Shown here in pieces: positions 1-12,373 of a stretch of 64,000 nt of DNA. The notes under the pieces are model-generated. The model worked only from the letters and a program-made list of their open reading frames with translations, made no database searches and was not told the origin of the DNA. The position numbers and the translations under genes are program-made. The stretch's first letter is position 1, and every line of letters begins with the position of its first letter. The stretch comes from Utricularia gibba (Eukaryota > Plantae > Magnoliophyta): NCBI GenBank assembly GCA_002189035.1, contig NEEC01000011.1, forward strand, positions 2,604,001 through 2,668,000, written 5' to 3'.

Positions 1-1845
1 GTTCACTCGTCCAAAATGTATGAATCCACCAGCTTCCAGTATCCTTTTTTTCTCAACAGGAAGGTGTGGTTTGTGATCTTTGGATAAATCATGTGCCTAA
101 AACGATGTTCAACAATATTGAAATAAATGCCAGAGATCCTCACTGTTTAACAATACTGCATCAGCTACTGAACTAAAAGTTGATTTAAAAGGCCTATGTG
201 ATAATTTCTGGTATTGAAGATAAACGTTGCATTCATATAATGCTGATATTACGTGTCAATAACTCATATTTTAAACGAAGGAAATTTATTGCCTTTCCTT
301 TCCGAGACAAGACACATCTCGAGTCGCCCACATTTGCCACAGTGAGTTGATTGTCCCGGAGAATAGCAACACATGCAGTGCTCCCAGAGCTTGGGCCTTT
401 ATGGTCGCCTGAAATACCCTGTATAGGGAAGCATGCTGATAAATGAATAAAAGAGCTTGAAGACTCAAGAATGCAAATATTTGAACTAAACTAGTTCAGG
501 GAGTAAGAGAGAGGAATACGAGTTGCAATAGGATGAAAAAGAATACCAAGAATATATCCTTCACTGACCAAGAATATATCCTTCACTGAAATAAAACTAC
601 ATGGCACCATTGATTGCAGACCTGCCCACGGGAGAAAGATGCCTGCGCATTAGCACCCTCCGTTTGCCTAGAGTTGGATTGTTGTTCCATGCCCTTCAAG
701 AATTCCAACTCTTTCTGTCCGGAAGTCTCACACATCATCTCATCTATCCTACAGCCGGAAGAACATTAGACTGAAATTTCTCATAACAGAAAATCAACAT
801 TATATGCAACCACTTGTTCCTGCCAGGTGAGGTTAACCATATGAGTCTTGTAACTATCATTCTACGAACTAAAATACTTTAGAAATAAATCAAACATAAT
901 TTATTTCCATCGAGAAAGCTACTTCAAAGGACTAAACTAGAAATAATTCAAAAAAAAGAAAAAAAAAAACGAAAAATGAAAGTCAAGTTTGGATGACCAT
1001 TGCACTCGAATGAAATTTAAGATACAAATCCCAAACGCAGATCTGCGAATACCTGAGAAAAGCATGCCTCAGAGATGACTCCAAATCACCAGCTAAATAC
1101 GCTTCATCCTGAAGTATCTGATGATGAAGAAACTTTGCACAAAATCCTGAAACTTCTTTGCCTGATAAACAAAATAATTCTTGTCGTTTACTCACTAAAC
1201 AACTCATATCCTTAAGTGAGTAATCAATTTGCTAATATATGAAAAAAAAATCAGTACAATAAACAGCCAAGAGCCTTAAAAAAAGATCAAAGCAACTAAG
1301 GGAAATAAGAATCACAACATATTATCGCTGGGTAGAGAATCACAGAGAAAAACAATGTGCATTTGACATAAAAAGGTGAATCTATTATTCGTCTTTACCC
1401 CCATGGCCATCATAGACTCCAAAGAAAGAGGTAGGACCGTCCAAATCCATAAAAGCAGCATGCTGTCCGCAACCAGAGTCAACATAGGTGAACACTTGCC
1501 CATTAATAAAAATAATGATCAAATTCAACAGCTGAAGAAACTGGAAAAGATATCCATGGCACGTCATCTTATGTCAAACAACACAAGTGACGCCAAACAC
1601 ACTTCCTATTCAGTGGCAAGACATGAAAATCCATATCCATATGAGGCAATATTTCTCAACGCAAGCAGATATCACAGTATGAGCATACGAAAATTAAAAA
1701 GTCGGTTGAGCAAATGCAAAGAATTTACAGCGTCTTCCATTGTTGTTCTCCATCCCTGCATTGAAGACAAGCCATATCTCAGGATATCATTCTCGCCATC
1801 CTCAGAGAACTTCTCAGTCTTCGGTGTGCTTAAGTACCCCCCCAT
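1..1845 (-). CDS. Protein phosphatase 2C (PP2C60-like clade), multi-exon, 3' end beyond the left edge of the window
   Basis: Spliced minus-strand reading from ATG at 1845: [33 protein letters not shown]|[21 protein letters not shown]|[13 protein letters not shown]..|..[31 protein letters not shown]|[20 protein letters not shown]. These are canonical PP2C motifs. Confidence 0.92.
546..589. repeat. Perfect 22-bp tandem duplication in a PP2C intron
   Basis: ccaagaatatatccttcactga occurs at 546-567 and again at 568-589. Confidence 0.9.
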
Positions 1846-2319
1846 GTTGATCTGGAAAAGTAATTAACAATGAATATTTTATCATAACATACAGAAAACA
1901 GCTCGTGTTGTACAAAAATGCAATTCCACAGGAAGTGATGCATAAAACATAACTCAGCCACAACAAGTGATCCTGAGAAAACTCATGAACAAGAACGCAT
2001 AAAACTTACGGTAAACAACCAGATGATGCATGCGAAATCATAATTTCGTATGTCGGAAACTAAGTCGAGAAAAAGAAAACCCAATCAATCAACCGTAAAA
2101 TCACTCCACAGGAAAGACAGAATATCAGAAACTAGTGATTTGGACTCATGAGCTCACCCGCGCCAGTGAATCAGCGAAGTGTTCCCGCCATCAGCAGCAC
2201 ATGTTTTTGATCAATCGCGATGACGCTTTGCGCGAAATACGATTACAGATTTGTATATGGAAAGCTATTTCCATGATTAGAGAGGGAAGACTTGAAAATG
2301 ATGTTCGTTGCTTTAAAAT

Positions 2320-2400
2320 TGGGCCTAGGCCCATTTTCAGTAACGGCTCAAGTATTATAATTGAAGCCCAAGCCCCAAATGTTTCTTGTGGGAAGGGCTA
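2320..2400. promoter_or_regulatory. Bidirectional promoter between PP2C and PBG1 with site II-like (TGGGCY/RGCCCA) elements
   Basis: tgggcctaggcccat, aagcccaagcccca and gggcta are clustered between two head-to-head genes. Confidence 0.55.
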
Positions 2401-2581
2401 CATGTTCCATATTCATTCACGTTTCACACAAAAACAAAGGTGCATAGATTTTCTCTTGATTTCTCGCAGAAAGTATGGAGATGAAGGTGAGTTTCACATT
2501 CCATTTCGGAAACAAGAGTGCTCATGGAGTGATTCAAGGTGTTTTGAAGTGTTTTTTTTTTTTTTTCCGGTGGAATATTGG

Positions 2582-4023
2582 ATGTTAAAGTCGGCAGATT
2601 CAGTTTTGGGGATGCGTAATTTGCTGGGTCCTGATGCTGATTCTCAGAGAACACTGTAAGTTTTCATTCTCAAGTCAAATTCAAGACATGACTATCTGGA
2701 GTTCTCAGACAAAAATCTACCCTAAACGGGTTCGGCGTTCTAATATGATTGAGTATTGCCAAATGGAAAACAATTGTGTCTTTTGCTATCTACACAGGGT
2801 TCCTTACGTGACTGGAACATCTGTTGTTGGCATCAAGTATAAAGATGGAATTCTCCTAGCGGCCGACATGGGAGGTTTGATATTCGTCTAACTCGTTTTG
2901 GACTTAACTTGGAGTTGCAGTTGAAAATTTTCTTTCTCTGAATGCTGGTTTGTGTAGTTGTATTTGGTCTGCTTATGGTTAGTTATCCTTATTTTTGAGC
3001 TGGATTTTTTTAAGAACTTTTTCCTTACCCGATCTTTTTACCTAGTTTGAAGAGGAGTGGTGGGTGCTTCAGCTAAACCATATATTTTGTGGGATCTGTG
3101 TATAATGATTCCTTTCAATAGGTTCATATGGGTCTACTCTCCGCTACAAATCCGTGGAACGATTGAAGTCAGTGGGAAAGCATTCGATCATTGGTGCAAG
3201 TGGGGAGATCAGTGACTTTCAGGAGATAATGAGATATCTCGATGAGCTCATGTACTTGAACATTGGCGGGCATTCTGCTATAATTTCTTTCGTTTCATCT
3301 GTTATAGAAATGTCATACGTCCTATTTTATGCAGAATTTATGATAACATGTGGGATGATGACAACTCCTTGGGTCCTAAGGAGGTGCATAACTATCTGAC
3401 TCGGGTCATGTACAACCGTCGCAATAAGTTCAATCCCTTGTGGAACTCCCTCGTGATAGGAGGAGTTAAAAATGGGCAGAAGTATCTTGGAACGGTATTT
3501 TTTTTTTCGTTTCTGTATCACGAGCAGCCTTAGCCAATTCTCTGTATTTTCTTAATCCATTCTTTGTGCAACCTTAGGTTAACATGATCGGTGTGCATTA
3601 TGAAGACGCCCATGTGGCCACTGGATTTGGAAATCACTTAGCACGACCAATTTTACGTGATGAGTGGCATGAAAACTTGACTTTTGAGGAAGGTGTAAAA
3701 TTACTAGAGAAGTGCATGCGTGTGCTGCTGTATCGTGATAGATCAGCAGTCAACAAACTGCAGGTTTGTAGCATCCGCTACAGATGTTTTTTATCACTGT
3801 TTTCTGACACCATACATTGCCTTTATAATGCTGCTGCTTCAGATCCATGCATGAATTGGTTCAATGTTACGGGTATTTGATGCATGAATGTCTTCTCTTA
3901 TGCACTCAGATTGCCAAGATAACAGAGGAAGGCGCCACAATTTTTCAACCATACTCACTGAAGACTTTCTGGGGCTTTGCTGCTTTTCAGAACCCTACCG
4001 TGGGTGCCGAGGGCTCATGGTGA
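2582..4023 (+). CDS. PBG1: 20S proteasome beta subunit G1 (beta-7 / beta type-4), 6 exons
   Basis: ..DADSQRTL|VPYVTGTSVVGIKYKDG..|GSYGSTLRYKS..GASGEISDFQE..|..HNYLTRVMYNRRNKFNPLWN..|..ATGFGNHLARPILR..|IAKITEEG..NPTVGAEGSW*. All junctions are GT-AG; stop at 4021-4023. Confidence 0.96.
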
Positions 4024-4340
4024 TTATTCCAGTGACTGGAATAGTGTTGTTCCAGGTCCATGTTATTTCTTTGTGCTCTTCTGAATTTTACTGTACGAAG
4101 GCTCTGTGGCTTCTTGCTGGTCCCTTCCACCAGTTAGCAAAATGAAGAATCATAGCCTTTTTATTGATGCGCTGAGCAAGACATTAATTTCTCACTAAAT
4201 GCTAAAGAGTGTGTTTTAGATTCTCAGCCTGCAACTATTTGATGTGAAATCTATCTCATTTCCACAAAAAAATGATATCTCATGAGAAAGACATGTTTTG
4301 CGTTGAATCTACTGAAAAAATGGAATTACGAAAGGCAACA

Positions 4341-7300
4341 TCAAGGAGGCTGATTCTCACCAAGTGCACAAGCAAGACAAGGAGGATTTTTCGCTTGATC
4401 GTCCGGAGTGATTTTCTGCAAACAAACGTCATGAAATGTGTGGTGGCAAGGTAGAATAGCAACCTGTGGTGGAACTTCGGGAATAGAAACAGGGCCTTGA
4501 GGGCTGAAGGAGAGATCCCTGTGGCACAAGTAGCATTTGTATCCGCTGAGCTTAGGTGGGCTATCAGGAGCTACAAAATTAATAAATTATATGACCATTA
4601 CATTAATTTGATAGAGTAAATTGTGTATTTCAAAGTTGGCATACCACGCGGAATCTTGTGTACACGTGAAGGTTTGGAAGATTGGATGGGAGCTTTGGAT
4701 GACTTCTGAGACCCTTCATGGATTCGCAGCGGTTGAAATTTATAGTGGATCTGCTTATCTGTTGTCCTCCTAATCTTTGACAGGTTTACACGAGGATTTT
4801 CTATTACTGGTCTCTTCATTGATAGATTGCCTGAACTCAGCTCTTGACTTCTTGTTAGAGGCACTGTTGCTGTAAGATGTGAACAAAAAAAAAAGGCCTT
4901 GAAGAACTGGATATGAAAAAGAAAAGATATGGACAAGTTTACCACTAGAGAAGCAGCCTGTCATCAGATTAGACTGAGAATTTTTAGCAGAACGAACTTG
5001 CTGGTATGGAGCTGGCATCAGCAAGGTACCTCTAGGATAGCTTACGCCTAGAACTTCTGTTGCTGGTCTCTGCATCGATGGATTGCTTGAACTAGGCTCT
5101 TGATTTCTTGTTATAGGCACCGTTGCTGTGTGAGGAAAAAAAAGGCCTTGATAAAGAACTGGATATGAAAAAGAAAAGAAATGGACAAGTTACCTCTAGA
5201 GAAACCTATCATCCGATTAGCCTGAGAATTTTGAGCAAGACTAACTTGCTGGTGTGGAGGTGCCATCAACAAGGTACCTCTAGGATAGTTTACGTCTAGA
5301 ATTTCTGTTTCTGGTCTCTTCATTGATGGATTGTCCGAACTAGGATCTTGATTTCTTGTTAGAGGCGCGGTTGCTGTAAGACGTGAGCAAAAAAAAAAAA
5401 GGGCCTTGAAGAAGAACTGGATATGAAAAGGCAAAGATATGGGCAAGTTACCTCTAGAGAAGCCTATCATCAGATTAGCCTGAGAATTTTGAGCAGGACT
5501 AATTTGCCTGTATGGAGCTGGCATCAGCAAGGTACCTCTAGGATAGTTTACTTCTTGATTATCTTGTAATTGCCGATCCCGTGAAACTGGGTGGCGTGGA
5601 GCTGCGGCTGGTAAGTTTAACTGCTGAATGTCCTGAGAATGTTGAACTCGCGCAGGTTGCATGTGTAGAGCTTTGATCAGAAACAATAATGGATTAGGAA
5701 GTCTCTACAAAAAATTGATAATCTTATAGAGAAACTACAGGATGTCTAGAAAAAATGTCTAGGAAATGCGTTCTTATGGAATTGAAAGACTGGAGATTTC
5801 TGCTGTAGAGCTACGATGTTAAAAAAAAAAAAAAATCAATCAACACTCCGCTACAAAGCCAAAGGTAATTATATCATCAAAATATCTAGCAGCTTGCGGA
5901 ACAAATTGGAGTCAAATGAGACCTCTTGCAATACGAGAGGGATCATAAAAATTCTGCACAAGTGTCGGCCTTGCAGGGAATTGAGCAGGTGAAACACACC
6001 AACGAGGAGCTACAAGCCAAAAGCAGATTCATTAGAACATCTAAAAAAAGAAAAATACTTACTGGTAACTGTCCAAACAGAATGTCATCAGGCAGCTTAG
6101 GAGAATGTCACAATGAGAAATATCTACAGAACGCAACAACCACGACATCCGGAAGTGAAGCAATGATTAGAAGTTCGTTCTACTAGAGCTTCTCTAGAGA
6201 TAAAAATGTCAGGCAGCCTGCGCACGTTTAGGATGAAATGCAGACCTATATTCGTTTCCATTGCCATCCTCGGTAAAAATGGATGGTTTCGGCTTGGAAC
6301 TATCACCAAAAAAAATGTATTAGAACTTCTTGAGATAGACAAAAGGTTGATATGCACATACAATACAAGGAAACCTGCCAAGTGAAGGATAAAGAAACAG
6401 ACGTCTTGCAAGATGAGAGGCATCAGGTGTAGCATGTTCAATTCTAGGCCTTGCAATAACTAGATCCGACGAACGAAGCCGATTTTGAGCTACTGGGATA
6501 AAAGCACATTATCTTAGACAATCCAGAGAGAAGAATATTGATTGGTAAACAAATAAAAACAATGTAGCAGTCTGCTTGCGCACTTTATGTTATATCATAA
6601 GCAGTGAGCTTATTTCGAATAAGTCGATCAAACAAGAACTTAGCTATAACAACCAAAAAGAAACATGAAACAAGGCAAAGGCATAAGCTTAATTATGTTA
6701 ACAAGAAATCGTAAAAGCATACTCACACCTATTGTAGGTTGGGAATTATCCATTACAATCGGTTGAACTCCTGGCAAGGGTTGGCCTGGAAAAACATGAT
6801 AATTTTGGGAACTTTGACTACGTGAAAAGTGACGTCCGTGTCTCAAAGGAGCAAAGCTGTAGATGGGATTTCCAACTACATTGTCAATGTACGGTGTAGT
6901 CAAACTCCCTAAAAAATATAAACCTCATTAATAAAGCAATAATTTTCGTAAAGGCAAATTCTGTGCTATTTGAGCCGCTAGTCTATTTAAGGTAACCGAA
7001 GAAAGATCATCATGATAGCTTCTGCTCCCATTACAACTTGATCATTCCTTTCACCTTCTAGACTGGGAATTTTCTAGACTGAAGTGTATGTAGCAATATT
7101 CAAAAGGATCGTTCCGAACAGGCCCAAATACCACTATAAATTGAAAAGAAGAGGCCTACAGTGCATCACCTTCTTCGGCATTGTTGATGCACCTTCCTTC
7201 ATGGCCTATGAGAATGTTGTGGGGTCGTCCTCTCCAGTCACTGCCACGGCATGGCCATGGTTGGTTTGTTAAATTTGTAGATACAGGTACCCCTGATGCC

Positions 7301-7709
7301 TTTACAGAGTGTGCAAGAAATTAAAACAACATGTCATTTTACCTATGAATAGAAAAATATGATAACCAAATTGCATAGCGTGCTTATCAACCTGAGATCC
7401 GTTAACAACGTCACTTCTTCCAGGGTCTCGAGAAGGTGTTCCGGTGTCCAACTGATAAGGACTTTCAACTCCAACAAGAAAGTTAGGAAGGTGGCTTTGG
7501 ACATCATTCATCTTTACAGATGTCTCACGCAAAAAGTTGCCTTGTTGCCAATCCATGTCCATATGATGCTGCGAACAATTAGCATTATCCTGCAGAACTC
7601 GCCAAGGGATAAAATCAGCTCCGGAACTACCACCACCTTCGCCCATGTTCTCATCATGAACCTCATCCACTGGTGGAAAACTCAAATCAAATGGAAGCCT
7701 ATCTCCCAT
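4341..7709 (-). CDS. Protein with a C-terminal variant RING/zinc finger and a long low-complexity, internally repeated N-terminus, about 11 exons
   Basis: Last exon reads CYLCHRDLSFSPQGP..VAILPCHHTFHDVCLQKITPDDQAKNPPCLAC..*. Upstream exons join in frame through phase-1 GT-AG introns back to ATG 7709. Exon choice between 5700 and 6230 is uncertain. Confidence 0.7.
4785..5555. repeat. About 250-bp tandem repeat, 3 copies, each spanning part-exon + intron + part-exon
   Basis: Anchor aggtacctctag at 5024, 5272 and 5530 (periods 248 and 258). The blocks ctggtctct..gttgctgt..ggccttga..gaactggatatgaaaa..acaagtt recur in each unit. Confidence 0.93.
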
Positions 7710-8561
7710 CTAACGAACTTCAAGACCAATTAAGCTCATGGATCAACCTTTCAGTTACAGAGAGAAATGAGATACAGTGATTCAGGTAAAGTAGATGACA
7801 CTGCAACAAAAAGGAATAACTGCAAAATAAATTAGTAAGAAGCTAGACTCTTAGCCAAGAACTACAGGAAAACACACAATCTTAATTTTCTAGTCGCTAC
7901 ACATGGATACAAACAAAAATAGATTCACAACACAGGGCAACAGAGCAACAATAGCTATATGCTTTAGGATATCTTTTTCCATGTAATCCACGGAAAATAT
8001 CCAATTAATCACCATTGATAAGATTTCAACGAGAACAGTGATCAAGCGCATAACCCTGACTGGACGAGAAACTGGGTTTAATGAAATTCTTCGATTTCCG
8101 ATTAAAAAACAATGACTACGCGTTTCAATGAGCGCAACAAACTCTTCGTCTTGTTACACAAGCAATCCTGGACATCTGAATTTCATTTCAATAAGAACAA
8201 TCACAGAGACTTCTCCCAATGGCATTCAACCGAATTATCAAGAAAGAACGCAAATATTCCGCGTTAACCACATCAGAGCGACATTTCCTAACAGAATCAG
8301 AACACGTAAATCAGGCCTCTGACGCAGAATCGAAGTCTCCCTACCGTCGAAGAAACGACGGCGATCGGATGAACGATCAACCGCGGTTCGAAATGATATT
8401 CACAGCCGGAAATGGGTGAAGATACAGTGAGTGGAGTGTGCTTTTGGAGGATGGCGGTTTCGCCTCGAGGGGATCAGCGAGCAAGAGTTTGGCGCTTTCA
8501 GATTTAAAGGGTCAAAAGCAAACCCACCACTGGGGCCCACGATTCTCATACATTGGATTTG

Positions 8562-8588
8562 TAACGCGTCACGTGGCGCTGACGTGTA
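8562..8588. promoter_or_regulatory. G-box/ABRE plus TGACGT and CGCG-box cluster upstream of the RING gene
   Basis: aacgcgtcacgtggcgctgacgtgt, lying about 200 bp upstream of the apparent 5' leader of the minus-strand gene. Confidence 0.4.
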
Positions 8589-10152
8589 AATTCATAATTT
8601 TCTACATTTAATTTTAAAATTGTTACTACATAATTATGTAAATGAAATACTCCAAACTTGGTTCCCCATAAAGCTGTTCGAAACGTGGAAGAATTAGGAG
8701 AAAACCAAAATTTTGAAATGCAAAAAATAATAATAATATCAACAACATTAATAAATATTGATTCTATACATCAAAAAGCTTAAAAAATGTCAAATTTCAA
8801 TCAAAATTAATAGCCCTTAGAAAATCCAAAATGACATCAAGATTTAAATGTAGTGAGTGGTCTACACTGACCTATCAAGAACTGATCTTGAATGTTTGCA
8901 GATCTCCCAATCAAGAGGGGCTAAACCAAGTCTCATTGGCAGCACCATGTACAGCTAACACATATCATCAGTGTTTTAAAATGATAAAAAAAAACTGTAA
9001 ATCATTTCTATATGAGGAGTTTGTGGTTAAACTGTGGTTATGTTGAAGTTAAATCAATCCATATCATGAAATCAGTATATCCTAAGGGCCAGAAGGTGGA
9101 AACATTAAACAGCAGACATCTGTGTGGTGTACTGGAGTCCAGCAAAATGGAGATCAAATTTACTTCCAGTGCCCAGAACTTTGGTTCCAGTCACTCCAAG
9201 ATGCGCCAAGAATAAATCAAACTGCCAGCAGCTCAAGGTATCTGATACATATAAATGAAGTACATGGCTGGCAAAGATATGAGCCCATGGTCATGTACTG
9301 TGAAGTATACATCAAGAGAGACACCATTGAAGTGATATTGGAAACTTCCTGCAATTAAAATCACAGCCCTGAATGTGCATCTCCACAGAGAGTGACACGA
9401 AATGAAGCAGGAGCAAACGTCACCAAGGCATGCACACAAACATACACATCGATGAGTAGAGCATAAAGCTTTGACTCCAATTGAGGGAAAGAATTAGCTA
9501 CTGCATACTGAATTCCAGCAGGTGCACCCAACACAACTGCTGATCACCAGAGCCCCTGAAGATCAACGACAAAGAACCAGCAATATTTATGTCTCCAGAA
9601 CTAACCAGCATGGAGACTCGCGAAACCTGCGGGTAGGACTCTCAGATACTGTTTTCACAGCGAGAGAGGTGAAACTAATCACACAACTGCCGCACTAAAA
9701 AAAATAAGGCTCAACTCACTGAGCACTCATCAGGGTATCCGTGAAACAAACTAAAAAACATAAATCTTTCTCCTCACTCTCCAGAAAAGAACACCTGCTA
9801 TGAAGCATCTAGTGCAGTGCACGATTTCTCCCCTCTCAAACCTAGAAGATGAATCGCCATTACGGTACAAAAGGGTTCATTGATTTTCGGGGCTAGGGGT
9901 TTTTAATCTTGTAAATCAAATCATTTTAATATTAAAAATAAGGAAAAATTATGTTAATCATTTTCTTGAATAAAAAATTGTTTTTTGAGGAAGAGCGGCT
10001 AGTGGTCGGGATGGGAGCTTGGCAGCCACACTTCCACGTCTCCAGCCAAGCGAATTTACCACCTCAAACTCCAGCTCTCATCATCTTCTTCTTCCTCTTC
10101 TGCTTCCCATTTTGCTCTGTCTCGGAGTTTTGGCAAAGAAGCGGCCACCAAA

Positions 10153-10918
10153 ATGGCCTTAGTATCTTCGGGTCCCAAGTCCATTCCCCTTTCGCCGCTC
10201 GGAAACGGCGGCCTCAGACTCCTCCCTGATCGGTTCGCTCTCATGTCATCATCCTTCTATTCTCCGTCTCTCCGCAAACTCACGCCCCCCGCCATCCGCA
10301 CCGCTACTGGGTCAAGATTCTCCATGCGCGTGGCTTCCAAACAAGCCTACATTTGCCGTGATTGCGGGTTGGGTTTCTTTTCCCCACATTCACTTTCCGT
10401 TTGATGATAAGGATTCGGGATCTGGAGTTGGGATTCTGCTGTGTTTGTGGTGCAGGTACATTTACAGTGACAAGACCCCTTTTGAGAAGTTGCCCGATAA
10501 CTTCTTCTGTCCTGGTAAGCTGCATATTTCTGGGTCGATGCTAAACAGGGCTGTCTGCCTGATTTGAGCTCTTTCAATGTATTCACTGCAGTATGTGGAG
10601 CACCAAAGAGAAGATTCAAGCCATATGAGAAAGCAGTGAGTAAAGATGCAAATTCAACTGATGTAAGGAAGACAAGGAAGGCACAGGTGAAGAGAGATGA
10701 ATCCGTTGGGTAAGAACATTTCCTGAATCTTGAATCTTGATGGAGTTTTTGATTGCTTTAGACGCTTCACAAGTCTTCTCTGAATAGCTCGGTTACGATA
10801 CTCCTGAAAATGGTGTCTGTGTGTGTTGTGCAGGCAAGTGCTGCCCTTTGCAATAGCTCTAGGAGCTGCAGCATTAGTTGCTGTGTACTTGTACATCAAC
10901 AGCACTTACCAAGGTTGA
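10153..10918 (+). CDS. Rubredoxin-like protein (likely plastid transit peptide, C-terminal TM anchor), 4 exons
   Basis: MALVSS..RFSMRVASKQAYICRDCG|YIYSDKTPFEKLPDNFFCP|VCGAPKRRF..DVRKTRKAQVKRDESVG|QVLPFAIALGAAALVAVYLYINSTYQG*. Contains two CxxC motifs. Confidence 0.92.
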
Positions 10919-11122
10919 AGATGACCTCGTTGCTGAACTTGGAATTTGTCATCTCCTCAGAGAATTTCCAGTTTTATTCATTTTGCAGAACACTGATCTG
11001 CATTGAACTTCACTATATATAAATATAAATCATTTTGCCTGATCAGGGAGAAGTGTTCTTTTTCATACAACAAACAGATTTCCCATCAGGGGACATGAAA
11101 GCAGACTTAGCAGAAGTAAAAC

Positions 11123-12373
11123 TCATACTTGAACGGGCGTGTCACCACTAAGCCCGCATTCTCCCTTCATCTTGTCTTCCCTGGTTTTTCTGCAGAAGAT
11201 CACCCAAGAATTCACCTCCAAAGCGATGCAAATCCCCAGCAAAGTGGACAGACACAAGCAGTAAACGAGCTTGGAGTACGAGTTCTCAATTCCCAGGACA
11301 CTGAATCCATGAATGACATTCACAACACCCACGATCGCGCAAGCATATCCAACGAAATGGTGGTATGACTTCCAGTATTTTCGATACTTGTTACTCGTTC
11401 TCGGCCGGAGAAGCAAGGCAGCCGTCTGCAGCCATCCCAAGCAGAACACCACGATCCCTAGCTTCCAGTAGAGGCCGTACACCCCTTTGGTTGGAGATTG
11501 TTCACGCAGTTTGATTCCGACTGCGAACCCCACAGTTCCGATGAGAACTGCGGGTATCTGAATCCCCAAATGAGCGTAGAACCACACTGGACCGATGGCC
11601 TGGATGGGTCGGAAGTATCGAGCCACGGCGGCCCCAAGGGGTAGCAGCAATCCCCATGAGGCGGCGTTTATAACCCCATGGATTACCCGGAGCTTTTCAA
11701 ATTGGCCGGGGATGCTATCCGTCGTTCCAGACAACACATCCAAGGTGGCTATCGACGAAAGATCGTTCGCCGTCGTGGGATGTATGGTTGGCGAATAGCC
11801 TTGAACAAATCGCCCACGGTTCCATACGATATGAAGCCTAGTTCTGTTCGGAACCAGTCTGATTGTCGCATGAATTTCGACGGTGGCAACACGGCCGCCG
11901 TACAAGGTTGCGCTAGACGAAAGAAGGTGGATATCCAAGGGGTGCGATAGGAGGCGACCAGTCCCCAGCTTCACCGTCGGGTCCAAAATGTAGGGAAGAA
12001 GAACCACCTTACCCGAATTTGGATCCAAAAAGGCGATCAAGGCTCGCGTCCCCGTCATCTCCGGCGACGTCGGGTTTAACCCGAATCCCACCCACCCAAC
12101 CTGTGAGATGAAAGTGCCCGCGAAGAGCAGTTCAAGAGTGGCGTTTGTGGGGTGAAAGGTCCACGACAGGGAAGCTTGTTGTGTGGGAAGAACCAAACAT
12201 TCCTGCAACTTTTTACCCACATCCGCACACGGGAATGAGTGTGTGCGCGCTACACTGAAGAAGAAGAAGAGAAGCAGATGACAGAGGAGGAGAAGCATGA
12301 TGCAAGCATCTGAACAACAATGGCGAATACCATGGAAAAATAAGCATACATTTCGAAGCAGGCCTTCATGCAC
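11123..12373 (-). CDS. Cytochrome b561 and DOMON domain protein (At2g04850-like), single exon
   Basis: 416-aa ORF with signal peptide, DOMON region (GWVGFGLNPTSPEMTGTRALIAF..VWNRG..YSPTIHPTT) and cyt b561 region (HGVINAASWG, WFYAH, RPRTSNKYRKYWKSYHHFVGY). The true start may be the second Met. Confidence 0.92.
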   Translation of the reverse strand: MHEGLLRNVCLFFHGIRHCCSDACIMLLLLCHLLLFFFFSVARTHSFPCADVGKKLQECLVLPTQQASLSWTFHPTNATLELLFAGTFISQVGWVGFGLNPTSPEMTGTRALIAFLDPNSGKVVLLPYILDPTVKLGTGRLLSHPLDIHLLSSSATLYGGRVATVEIHATIRLVPNRTRLHIVWNRGRFVQGYSPTIHPTTANDLSSIATLDVLSGTTDSIPGQFEKLRVIHGVINAASWGLLLPLGAAVARYFRPIQAIGPVWFYAHLGIQIPAVLIGTVGFAVGIKLREQSPTKGVYGLYWKLGIVVFCLGWLQTAALLLRPRTSNKYRKYWKSYHHFVGYACAIVGVVNVIHGFSVLGIENSYSKLVYCLCLSTLLGICIALEVNSWVIFCRKTREDKMKGECGLSGDTPVQV

